This document shows positions 37,751-46,720 of a DNA stretch of 64,000 bases, piece after piece. The translations under genes were made by a program, and so were the position numbers. Source of the stretch: a bacterium (GTDB lineage Bacteria; RBG-13-61-14; DATKZS01). How positions within the stretch are numbered: position 1 is the first letter of the stretch; the number at the start of each line of letters is the position of its first letter. The stretch covers positions 938,379-1,002,378 of the forward strand of contig CAXXFL010000007.1 of NCBI GenBank assembly GCA_963674965.2. Reading direction: 5' to 3'. A model generated the notes under the pieces. That model searched no databases, was not told where the DNA came from, and saw only the letters and a list, made by a program, of their open reading frames with translations.

Positions 37751-39550
37751 CTAGCGGCCCCCGCGCGAGTCGTCCCCCCCGGCGTAATCCACGTACTCGC
37801 TCACGCGAGATATCACTTCCTCCTTGAAGCGGGGATTGTCGATCCTGATCGTCACCGCCTCGTTCGGGCAGTAGCGCTCGCACCTTCCGCAACCCCTGCA
37901 CTGGCCGCTATGCACCGCCTTGCCGTCCTTTATCGAGATGGCCCCGAAGGCGCAGTACTCGACGCAGGTCCCGCATCCCCGGCAGGCGTCGGTCACCTCG
38001 ACGGATATCCCCTCGATGGGGACCATGATTTCGTTCAGCCGTTCCTCGGGCACGTGCTTCAGATAGCTCATCATGCAGCAGCAGTGACAGCAGAAGCACA
38101 CGCTGAGGAGCCTGCTTTCGTCGGGCGTCAGGAAAATGAAGTTATCGACCCTGACCTTGCCCGTCATGGGCACGAGCCCGTTGGCCACGGCCTTCTTAAC
38201 GTGCTCGTGGGCCTCTTCCACGCTCACGCGCCGGCTTATGCCCGGAGGCATCTGGAGGGCCGTGTCGCCCATGAAAAGGCAGCCTATCTCATGGTCGTGA
38301 TGCTCGCACTTGAAGGCCAGCCGGCATCCGCAGGTGTTCATGATCACGTGATGCCTGGCCTTGTCGATGAACTCGTGGACAACCTCCTCGGGCATGACGG
38401 CGTTCTCGACCTGGCCCAGCTCGGCGTTGATGGGCAGATAAGTCATCGAGTTCTTCCTCGGGTCCATCCAGGGATGGAGGTCCCGGATGACGGGGACCTT
38501 GGCCAGCATGAAATTGTACTCGAGGTACTTAAGGCCCGGGACCATATAGGGCCCCCTCACGTACAGCCAGCTTAAAAAGGCGTCGATGGCCCTTCTCGCC
38601 CCGGACCTTCGTTCCTGGCCCTGTTTCGATTTCACGAAGTCCATGTAGGTTTCCTCCGACCCATGGCGCGGAACCCATCCGGCGGCCGTCTTGAACTTGT
38701 CGCAGTTGGCGAAGGTGGTGTACTCGCTCAGGCTGACCCACCCCTGGCTCACCTTTTCCAGCCTCAGGGCGAACAGGAGGTTGGCCGCCGCCTTGAGCAG
38801 TCCCGCGGGCAGGGGGATGAGCCTGGCGCCCGAGGCGGAGAAGGCCCACTTAGTGGAGATGGCGTCGTCCGCTCCCACGTTGTAAACGCCGGGCAGGTCC
38901 TTTTTAAAGGCCAGGTAAAGCGCCCGGGCCAGGTCTTCCTCATGGATAAGCTGGAGGTGCGGGCTTCTTCCGGCCGGAAAAATCTGGTACTTCCGCGACC
39001 AAAGCTCGGAGAAAAGGTTGTCGATGTTGGGACCGGCCAAAAGGGCCGCCCTGATAACGGTGACCGTCATCTCGGGATGGTTCTTCGCGAAATCGCTGAT
39101 TATTCCCTCGACCTCGACCTTGCTCGAGGCGTAGTAGCTGTCCTTGTTGCCTTGTAAGGGACGGTCCTCCTTTAGGCCCAGAGGGTTGTGCTCGTGAACG
39201 CCATAGGCCGTTATGCTGCTGGTGTAGATCACCTTCTTCACCCCGGCGCGGGCGGCGCTCTCGAAGGCGTTTTTCGACCCGTTGACGTTGACGTCCCGCG
39301 TTTCCTTCTTGTCGTGTATCTCGCGCACCACGAAGGCCAGATGATACAGCGCGTCAACGCCACCCAGGATTTTCTCCAGGTCCTTGCTCCGCGCGTCCAT
39401 CTTGTGAAACTCGACCTTGTCCGGGCCGCCCCGCCAGGGCGTAACGTCGATTCCCACGATCTTGTCGACCTCCGGGTCGGCCGCCAGAAGCGGAAGCACG
39501 ACGCCCGCGAAGTAACTGTTAACGCCGGTTATGGCCACCGTTTTTCCCAT
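37751..39550 (-). CDS. Extended SDR (NAD-dependent epimerase/dehydratase) fused to a Cys-rich 4Fe-4S domain
   Basis: VAITGVNSYFA, HLAF, VNVNGS, YTSSITAYG, YASSK; C-terminal CGCR..C..C, CFCCHCCC and two CxxCxxCxxxC motifs. Confidence 0.85.
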   Translation of the reverse strand: MGKTVAITGVNSYFAGVVLPLLAADPEVDKIVGIDVTPWRGGPDKVEFHKMDARSKDLEKILGGVDALYHLAFVVREIHDKKETRDVNVNGSKNAFESAARAGVKKVIYTSSITAYGVHEHNPLGLKEDRPLQGNKDSYYASSKVEVEGIISDFAKNHPEMTVTVIRAALLAGPNIDNLFSELWSRKYQIFPAGRSPHLQLIHEEDLARALYLAFKKDLPGVYNVGADDAISTKWAFSASGARLIPLPAGLLKAAANLLFALRLEKVSQGWVSLSEYTTFANCDKFKTAAGWVPRHGSEETYMDFVKSKQGQERRSGARRAIDAFLSWLYVRGPYMVPGLKYLEYNFMLAKVPVIRDLHPWMDPRKNSMTYLPINAELGQVENAVMPEEVVHEFIDKARHHVIMNTCGCRLAFKCEHHDHEIGCLFMGDTALQMPPGISRRVSVEEAHEHVKKAVANGLVPMTGKVRVDNFIFLTPDESRLLSVCFCCHCCCMMSYLKHVPEERLNEIMVPIEGISVEVTDACRGCGTCVEYCAFGAISIKDGKAVHSGQCRGCGRCERYCPNEAVTIRIDNPRFKEEVISRVSEYVDYAGGDDSRGGR

Positions 39551-39589
39551 GATTGCCTCCGTCGCCCCGTTGTCCTGGACCGTCCGCCG

Positions 39590-40960
39590 CTACTTCTCGT
39601 AGGTCTTTTCCAGGAACTGCGTTTTTTTCGTCGCCCGCTCGAGGGAGTTGGGCCTTAGCCACTCGATGGCGGGCCGGATTTTCAGCAGCTTGTGCATTTT
39701 TTCCGACAGCTCCCTCTCGAGGCCGGCAAGGTCGCCCTCCCTGACCGACTCGGAGAACTCGATCTTGAGCTTCAAGGGCGGCACGACCCGGGGAGGCGGC
39801 TCGTCCAGCACGATCCTGAAGGCCCCCGTAAGCTTCTCGGGAAAGGAGTGTATGACTCCCTCGATGGCCGCCGGATAAACGGGAACGCCCTTGACCTTCA
39901 GCATGTCGTCCGCCCGGCCGACGATTTTATAGCGGAAACCCGAGGCCCCGCAGGGACAGGGCTCGGTGAATACCTGGTGGATGTCCATCATGGTGAAGCG
40001 GAGATCGAACCATACCGCCGCCGGCGGGTTGAGCGAGGTCCCCACCATAACGCCGGTGGCCCCGTGCTCGAGGGGAACGGGCTTTTTCGTCTCCGGGTCG
40101 ATCAGCTCGTAATAGGCCTTGTCGTCGGCTATCCAGTGCATGCCCTGGTAGACGGGATGGTCGCAGGAGCACCCATAGCCGCCGCCCAGGTCGAAGACCT
40201 TGGCCCCGTACTCGGTCTCGAGTTTTTCCCTTACCTCGGGGATGCCGGCCCCCGGCTCGGCGCCGAGCATCAGTATCTTGATGCCCAGGCTTTTCACCGG
40301 CTCGTTCATCACCTCGGGACAGCGCTCGATGAGATGGAGCGCGAGGGAGGGCGTGCCCGTGAAGACGTTGACCTTGAACATCTTGATGAACTGGAGCATC
40401 TTCTCGGTCCCGGCCTCGGCCCCGATGGGAATGACGGTAATGCCGGGGAAATTGCGCCACCACAGAATCTGGGGCGTGCCGGCGGCGTGCATGGAAAGGC
40501 CGAAACAAAGGCCGATGCGGTCGCCCGGCCGGATGCCCAGACGCCACGCCGCCCGGCTCATGATCTCCTGGGCGTCGTCCAGGGCGGCCCCGAAATTAGG
40601 ATATGGCGTGGGTATGCCCGTCGTGCCCGAGGTCGTCGTCAGAAGGTAAAGGTCCTTGACCCGACTCTCGCCGAAAAGGTGAAGCATCAGCTTCTCCATG
40701 TCAAGGCCGACCTTGCCGATGACCTCCCTGATCTCCGCCTGGCCAACGACCGGAATCTTGGACGCGAAATCGCCGAAGTCCTTGACGTCGCCCGGCTTGA
40801 CGCCCGCCTCGTCCATCCTCTCGCGGTGAAGAGGAGTGTTCTCGTATTGCCAGACCAGCGCCTTTTTCAGCCTCTCGAGCTGAAGCTCGCGCATCTCGGG
40901 CGTGTTGAACCTGGGTTCGACCTCCATGTTCCAGTACTTGCGTTCCAAATCCATGGCCAT
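39590..40960 (-). CDS. Phenylacetate-CoA ligase-like (PaaK family) AMP-forming ligase
   Basis: TTSGTTG, TGTPS, GAEPG, CPCG, GRADDMLKVKGVPVYP. Confidence 0.87.
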   Translation of the reverse strand: MAMDLERKYWNMEVEPRFNTPEMRELQLERLKKALVWQYENTPLHRERMDEAGVKPGDVKDFGDFASKIPVVGQAEIREVIGKVGLDMEKLMLHLFGESRVKDLYLLTTTSGTTGIPTPYPNFGAALDDAQEIMSRAAWRLGIRPGDRIGLCFGLSMHAAGTPQILWWRNFPGITVIPIGAEAGTEKMLQFIKMFKVNVFTGTPSLALHLIERCPEVMNEPVKSLGIKILMLGAEPGAGIPEVREKLETEYGAKVFDLGGGYGCSCDHPVYQGMHWIADDKAYYELIDPETKKPVPLEHGATGVMVGTSLNPPAAVWFDLRFTMMDIHQVFTEPCPCGASGFRYKIVGRADDMLKVKGVPVYPAAIEGVIHSFPEKLTGAFRIVLDEPPPRVVPPLKLKIEFSESVREGDLAGLERELSEKMHKLLKIRPAIEWLRPNSLERATKKTQFLEKTYEK

Positions 40961-40975
40961 GCTCCTCTTCCGTCC

Positions 40976-42199
40976 TTATTTTTTCAACACGTGGATCGCC
41001 ATCGCCGCCGCGTCCACCCCCAGCACCCCGCCGCCGTTATGGGTCATGCCAACCCTGGGAGACTTGACCTGGCGCTTGCCGGCCCTGCCCCTTAGCTGCT
41101 CGACCACCTCGTGGACCTGTCCCAGTCCGGTGGCGCCGATGGGATGTCCCTTCGAGGCCAGGCCCCCCGAGGTGTTGGAGGGCATGGTCCCGCCGATTTC
41201 CATGCGTCCCTCGTCTATCCATCTGGGCGAGTCCTCGCCCGGGCATATGCCCAGCTCGATAAGGGTGATGATCTCCGAGGGGGAGGTCGCGTCGTGGACC
41301 TCGATAAGGTCCAGGTCCTCCGGGCCTATGCCCGCCTCCTCGAAGGCCCGCTTGCCCAGCCGCTTGGTCAGGGTGTCCTCGAGGCCCCCCGAGGGCTTGC
41401 CGCTGCCGACCACCGACGAGGCGATCCAGACGGGGTCCGCACCCAGCTTGGCCGCCTTTTCCTTGCTGCAAACCACCGCGGCCGCCGAGCCGTCTCCAAT
41501 GGGCGAGCACATCATCCGGGTAAGGGGCCAGGAAACGTCGCCCGACTCCAGCACCTCCTCCACGGTCACTTCCTTCTGGTACTGGGCGTAGGGGTTGTGG
41601 GCCCCGTTCTTGTGACTCTTGACGGAAATCTTGGCGAAGTGCTCCTGGTTAAGGCCGTATTTCTCCATGTACATCTTGGTATAATAGGCGTACATGTCCA
41701 TGAACACGCTCCGCTTTTCGCCGCTTCCCTCCTTGAGTATCTTCTCGCCCGAGGGCCGGCTCTTCTCGAACTCCTTGAGGAAGAGCTTGAACACGTCAAC
41801 GTCAACCGCCGTGCCCAGGGCCTTGAAGGACTTCTTCCGGTCCTCGTCGTAGAGCTTCTCGAAGCCCACCACCAGGGCCAGGTCGTAAAGACCGGCGCCC
41901 ACGGCGGTCCAGGCGAGATGAAGAGCGGTCGAGGAACTGGCGCAGGCGTTTTCCACGTTGTACATGGGAATGGCCTCGATGCCCATCGAGGTCAGCGTGA
42001 CCTGGGCCTTGATCATCTCCTGGCCCGTCATGAGCCCGGGGACCGCGCTTCCCACGTAGGCGGCCTCCACGTCCTTTTTATCCACGCCGGCGTCTTTGAT
42101 GGCCTTCTCCGAGGACTCCCTGACCAGGTCCTTGATGGACTTGTCCAGAAGCTTTCCAAACCTGATCATACCAACGCCGATGATGGCAACGTCCCGCAT
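40976..42199 (-). CDS. Thiolase, SCPx/nonspecific-lipid-transfer type
   Basis: VENACASSS, CSPIGDG, IEVHDA, NTSGGL.SKGHPIGATG, HNGGG. Confidence 0.9.
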   Translation of the reverse strand: MRDVAIIGVGMIRFGKLLDKSIKDLVRESSEKAIKDAGVDKKDVEAAYVGSAVPGLMTGQEMIKAQVTLTSMGIEAIPMYNVENACASSSTALHLAWTAVGAGLYDLALVVGFEKLYDEDRKKSFKALGTAVDVDVFKLFLKEFEKSRPSGEKILKEGSGEKRSVFMDMYAYYTKMYMEKYGLNQEHFAKISVKSHKNGAHNPYAQYQKEVTVEEVLESGDVSWPLTRMMCSPIGDGSAAAVVCSKEKAAKLGADPVWIASSVVGSGKPSGGLEDTLTKRLGKRAFEEAGIGPEDLDLIEVHDATSPSEIITLIELGICPGEDSPRWIDEGRMEIGGTMPSNTSGGLASKGHPIGATGLGQVHEVVEQLRGRAGKRQVKSPRVGMTHNGGGVLGVDAAAMAIHVLKK

Positions 42200-42507
42200 G
42201 AGATTCTCCCTTTTAGGTGGCCGGTCTTTTTTCTCCACCCGGCCACCTCACCGGATAATAATACAACTTGACCATGCAGTCAAGCATAAATATCACGCGT
42301 CGCCCCATTTTATTAGGTTTAAATTGATTTTATTATAGTTAGTGACTGTATAGTTTTATCGCGCGTCCGGCCCGTTCCAAAGAATCGGCCGAGATTAAAA
42401 GTAAGAAAACGACCTTTCCTCCCGCCGGGCGGCTGGATATCACTCGCGCTTTCCTGTATATATTTAAAACGCCCTCTTGGCGCGACAACCACGGAAGGGG
42501 AGAAAAA

Positions 42508-44265
42508 ATGAAGAGAAATTACGGGAACATAATCGGGCCGGCGGCTGCCGCCGTCCTCTTGGCCCTAGCCCTCGGCTGCTCGAAGAAGTCCGAGCTGAAA
42601 CTCGAGCGGGTCAAGACCGACAAGAACGTCATGGTCGTCATGAGCGACGGCGTCGAGTTGGCCACGGACATATATTACCCGCCGGGGTTGGACAAGGCCC
42701 CCACCATCCTCGTTCGCACGCCCTACGGCAAAAGCCTCCAGATGGTGATGGGCAAAACCAACTTCGGCAAATACTACGCCAAGCGCGGCTACGTGGTGGT
42801 GGTGCAGGACGTAAGGGGCCGCGAGAAATCGGGAGGCGACTTCTACCCGTTCATACACGACGGCAAGGACGGGATGGAGACCATGGACTGGATAAGGTCC
42901 CAGCCCTGGTTCAACGGCAAGCTGGGCACCTACGGCCCGTCCTATTTGGGGACCACCCAATGGTTCGCGGCCCCGGGCCAGGATATCGACTGCATGTACC
43001 TGTCCGTGACCAGCCCCAACCTGAAGCGGGTGATCTACCGGGGCGGACAATTCAATCTCCTGACCGTTTACAACTGGGCCGTCATGATGGGAGACCATAA
43101 GGCCAACTTCGGCGTCATGGCGAAAATGTCCAGGTTCGACGATTACATGAGAACGCTTCCCCTGGACAAGGCCGACGACAAGGCCGGGGCCGACGTGTCC
43201 TATTTCAACGACGCCCTGGACGTGGACAAGATATTCGACCTTTACGATAAGGTGAACTTCGAGGACAAATACGACGACGTCCGCGCCCCGGCGGTAAGCC
43301 TCGGGGGCTGGTACGACATGTTTATCGGACCGCAGCTGGAGGACTTTCAGAGGCTCCGGGAGCAGGACGGTCCGGCCTCTAAGTCCGTGCTCATCGTGGG
43401 TCCCTGGGGCCATGGGATGGGCGGGGACGGCAGCGTGGATTACGGCGACGTCGGCGGCATGGGCAACATCCTCGGCTCGGAGCAAGCCGGGCAATGGATG
43501 GACTACTGGCTGAAGGGTGAAGACGCGGGCGTCGAGAAATGGCCGCCGGTCAAGATATTCGTCATGGGCGAGAACGTCTGGCGGGAGGAAGAGGAATGGC
43601 CCCTGGCCCGGGCCAGGTATACCAAGTATTACCTCCACTCGGGCGGGTCGGCGAACTCGCGAGACGGAGACGGCGTCCTGAGCGCCCAGCCCCCGGCGGC
43701 GGACGAGGCCCCGGACTCCTTCTCCTACGACCCCATGGACCCGGTCCCCACCAAGGGCGGCAACAACCTGATTACGAACCTGGGCGCCCATGACCAGGCG
43801 AAGATCGAGGACAGGGACGACGTGCTCTGCTATACCACGCCCGAGCTCGAGACGGACCTCGAGGTGACCGGACCCATCTCCGCGGTCATCTACGCGGCCT
43901 CCGACGCGAAGGACACGGACTTCACGGTCAAGCTGGTGGACGTCCATCCCGACGGCAAGGCCATTAATATTCAGGACGGCGTCGTCCGGGCCATGTACAG
44001 GGACAACGACCCGGCGGCGCCGACACCCCTCACGCCGGGCGAGGTCGAGGAATATCGCGTCGACCTCTGGGCCACCTCGAACCTGTTCAAGGCCGGGCAC
44101 CGGATCAGGGTCGAGGTCTCGAGCTCGAATTTCCCCCGCTATAACCGGAACCTCAACACGGGAGAGTCGCCGGTGGGGGCCGTGGACCACGTGGTGGCTA
44201 ATCAGACCATCCATCATGACGCCGAAAGTCCCTCCCACGTCCTTCTTCCCATTATTCCCCGGTGA
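42508..44265 (+). CDS. CocE/NonD-family serine hydrolase (lipoprotein)
   Basis: Lipobox LALGC; DGVELATDIY, RTPYGK, QDVRG, GPSYLG, GGWYD, GPWGH, SSNFPRYNRN. Confidence 0.92.
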   Translation: MKRNYGNIIGPAAAAVLLALALGCSKKSELKLERVKTDKNVMVVMSDGVELATDIYYPPGLDKAPTILVRTPYGKSLQMVMGKTNFGKYYAKRGYVVVVQDVRGREKSGGDFYPFIHDGKDGMETMDWIRSQPWFNGKLGTYGPSYLGTTQWFAAPGQDIDCMYLSVTSPNLKRVIYRGGQFNLLTVYNWAVMMGDHKANFGVMAKMSRFDDYMRTLPLDKADDKAGADVSYFNDALDVDKIFDLYDKVNFEDKYDDVRAPAVSLGGWYDMFIGPQLEDFQRLREQDGPASKSVLIVGPWGHGMGGDGSVDYGDVGGMGNILGSEQAGQWMDYWLKGEDAGVEKWPPVKIFVMGENVWREEEEWPLARARYTKYYLHSGGSANSRDGDGVLSAQPPAADEAPDSFSYDPMDPVPTKGGNNLITNLGAHDQAKIEDRDDVLCYTTPELETDLEVTGPISAVIYAASDAKDTDFTVKLVDVHPDGKAINIQDGVVRAMYRDNDPAAPTPLTPGEVEEYRVDLWATSNLFKAGHRIRVEVSSSNFPRYNRNLNTGESPVGAVDHVVANQTIHHDAESPSHVLLPIIPR

Positions 44266-44281
44266 AGACTCCGGGATGAGC

Positions 44282-44317
44282 AAAGCCCCGGTCTCGACTT
44301 GAGCCGGGGCTTTTTTT
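44282..44317. terminator. Bidirectional Rho-independent terminator
   Basis: AAAGCCCCGG-loop-CCGGGGCTTTTTTT between convergent genes. Confidence 0.75.
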
Positions 44318-44334
44318 CGCGGCGCGGGGCCCGA

Positions 44335-45240
44335 TTATCTTTTTCTGATACCCTCGACGATCAGCTCGAACATGGCGTTCTCGACCTCCGGGGAGGACAG
44401 GCCCTTGTCCACGCCCTGCAAAAAGGGCAGACTCTCGACCGCCTCGATCATCATCTGAGCCACCACCTTGACCTGGACGGGACGGATAATACCCAGGGCC
44501 ACGCCTTTCTCGATATCCGACTCCAGGGGCGAGCGGATGGAAAGTAGTATGTCCTCCCCCATTTTCTGGAGCTTGGGATCGGGGTCGTCCATGGCCTCCT
44601 TGCTGAGCTGCACGATGGCGCGAAACTGCGGGAGGAAGGGAAGGACCGTCCTCGCACGAAGCTCGAGACGGCCCAGGGGATCGGTCTCCTTCCTGATCTT
44701 CTCCCAGCCGGTCGTGAAAAGACGGCTGAAAATCCGGGGCACGGCCTCCAGGAACAACTCCTTTTTATCGGTGAAATAAAAATAGAACGTGCCCTTGCCG
44801 ATGCCCAGTATCCTGGTCACGTCGCTGACCTTGACCTCCTTGTACCCCTTCTCGAGGAAAAGCTCGCAACCCAGCTCGACGATGGCCTCCCTCGTCCTTT
44901 TGCCCCTCTCCTTGCGCGGCAAACGGGACCCGCCGCCCCCGCCCTTGCCGCGACCGGGCTTTATCGCTCCAGCGGCCGCCCGGCCGAAGGCCATGGGGTC
45001 CTTTTCCTCGATGGACGCTATTTCCTCCCGGATGGAAAAAAGAGGACCGCCTTTTTCCTTGGCCCGAGCTATATACCTCAGCTTGGCCACGTGACCCTCG
45101 TCGTAATAGGCCATGGTCTTGCCCGTTTTATAGGGCGGATGAAGCAGTTCCTCCTGCACGTAGAAATGGACCGTGCGCCTCGGAACGCCCGTTATTTTTT
45201 CAAGCTCGGCTATCTTATACCACTTGATTCTCGTGGCCAC
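44335..45240 (-). CDS. MerR-TetR fusion transcriptional regulator
   Basis: N-terminal KIAELEKITGVPRRTVHFYVQEELL..KTGKTMAYYDE; C-terminal TetR FLEKGY..VSDV..GIGKGTFYFYFTDKKEL; GTG 45240 follows AGGAG. Confidence 0.87.
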   Translation of the reverse strand: MATRIKWYKIAELEKITGVPRRTVHFYVQEELLHPPYKTGKTMAYYDEGHVAKLRYIARAKEKGGPLFSIREEIASIEEKDPMAFGRAAAGAIKPGRGKGGGGGSRLPRKERGKRTREAIVELGCELFLEKGYKEVKVSDVTRILGIGKGTFYFYFTDKKELFLEAVPRIFSRLFTTGWEKIRKETDPLGRLELRARTVLPFLPQFRAIVQLSKEAMDDPDPKLQKMGEDILLSIRSPLESDIEKGVALGIIRPVQVKVVAQMMIEAVESLPFLQGVDKGLSSPEVENAMFELIVEGIRKR

Positions 45241-45503
45241 TCGTTCTTCTCCTTTTTTTCTCCATTGCTTCCGGCAAATATAATTACCTAGCAACTATAC
45301 AGGACTACGGCCTTAACATCAAGCCAAATCGGCTATAGATTTCACGATACCCTCTTATCGTGGGAGGAGTCCAGTTAATTTCCCGCGTTGATTTCCACCC
45401 GCGCCAATTTTTTTTGTTGACGGATGGGTCTATAATATAGTAAGTTCTTCGCTTGCGTCACCGACCTCCAGGAGGGGCAAACAACTCGCCTTGGGAGGCC
45501 GCC

Positions 45504-46541
45504 ATGTTTCTGGAAAAATACAGACTGATGAGCAACCCTCCGGCGCGCTTCGCCCGGTTCGTGGTGGACGGGGAAAAATGCACGGGATGCGGAAGATGCG
45601 TCGAGGCCTGCCCCATGCAGATACTCGGCCTCATCGGCGACTTGCCCGGTCCCAACGAGCGCTACGACTTCTTCCGATGCATCACCTGCCAGAACTGCCG
45701 GGCCAGTTGTCCGCAGGACGCCATCGTCATCGAGGGCGACTACAGGATAGACCGGGGCTTCTGGAAAAACTCGCACCTGTTCGAGGGCGGCAAAACTCCG
45801 CCGCGTCCTTTCGAGGACCGGGACCGGACGCCCTTTGAAGAGTACGAGAACGAGTTGACCGAGACGGAAAGGGTGATTTTGAAAAGAAGGAGCGTCAGGC
45901 TTTACAAAAAAAAGCCCGTGGAGCGCGAAAAGCTGATAAGGATCATCGAGGCGGGCAGGTTCGCCCCCTCCGCCGGCAACAACCAGCCCTGGAAGTTCAT
46001 CGTTATAACCGACAAGGAAGTCATCGACGATATAAACCGAAAATGCAAGAAGTCCCTCCGTCTCATGCCCTGGCTGACCATGCCCGGAGAGTGGCTGGAC
46101 AAAAAGACCCCTGGGGACAAGAACGCCCGCCTTCGTTGGTGGCAACGAATCCTGCTTCCCGTCCTTTGCCGTTTCAAGACGGGCGACGTCGAGCCGAGAG
46201 TGAGGGGAGGGATCAACACGGTTTCCAGCGACCCGGAGTACCACACCTTTTTCGACGCTCCCGTCCTGATCATCCTTTTGGCCGACAAGCGGGGCATCGG
46301 CAGCGTGCATCTGGACACCGGCATCTGCGGCCAGAACATGGTCCTGGCGGCTCACGCCATGGGGCTGGGCACGTGCTACGTGAGCCTGATAAGGGGGCTG
46401 ACGGTATATCCGGACACGCTCAGGAAGCTGGGCGTCACGGACCCCTTCACCATCATCACCTCCATCGCCGTTGGGTATCCAAAGGGGAGGGTCGACAAGG
46501 TGGTGGACAGGGAAAGGGCGAGGGTTAAGTGGATCGAGTAG
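45504..46541 (+). CDS. Nitroreductase with N-terminal 4Fe-4S dicluster
   Basis: CTGCGRCVEACP, CITCQNCRASCP, RRSVRLY, APSAGNNQPW, LAAHAMGLGTC; GGGAGG RBS. Confidence 0.9.
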   Translation: MFLEKYRLMSNPPARFARFVVDGEKCTGCGRCVEACPMQILGLIGDLPGPNERYDFFRCITCQNCRASCPQDAIVIEGDYRIDRGFWKNSHLFEGGKTPPRPFEDRDRTPFEEYENELTETERVILKRRSVRLYKKKPVEREKLIRIIEAGRFAPSAGNNQPWKFIVITDKEVIDDINRKCKKSLRLMPWLTMPGEWLDKKTPGDKNARLRWWQRILLPVLCRFKTGDVEPRVRGGINTVSSDPEYHTFFDAPVLIILLADKRGIGSVHLDTGICGQNMVLAAHAMGLGTCYVSLIRGLTVYPDTLRKLGVTDPFTIITSIAVGYPKGRVDKVVDRERARVKWIE

Positions 46542-46720
46542 CGCGTCCTTTCCCTCCGCCGTCCCACCCATAAACTCGGCGGCTTCGGTCCCCCCGCCGT
46601 GGAAAAGCCAACTCATGTGTGATAGCTTGATCGTTGCCGCGCCGCTCATGCGGCGAACGCGGCTTTATCGCGAGCCCGGCTGACGGCCGGCCCCATAATC
46701 AGCGCGGAGGAAAACGCCAC

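Noticed and set aside
42565-44283. 572-aa minus-strand ORF, and similar shadows at 22195..23874, 39692..41095, 45375..46649 and 57073..58719
   Set aside because: Each overlaps a well-supported gene on the opposite strand and has no motifs of its own.
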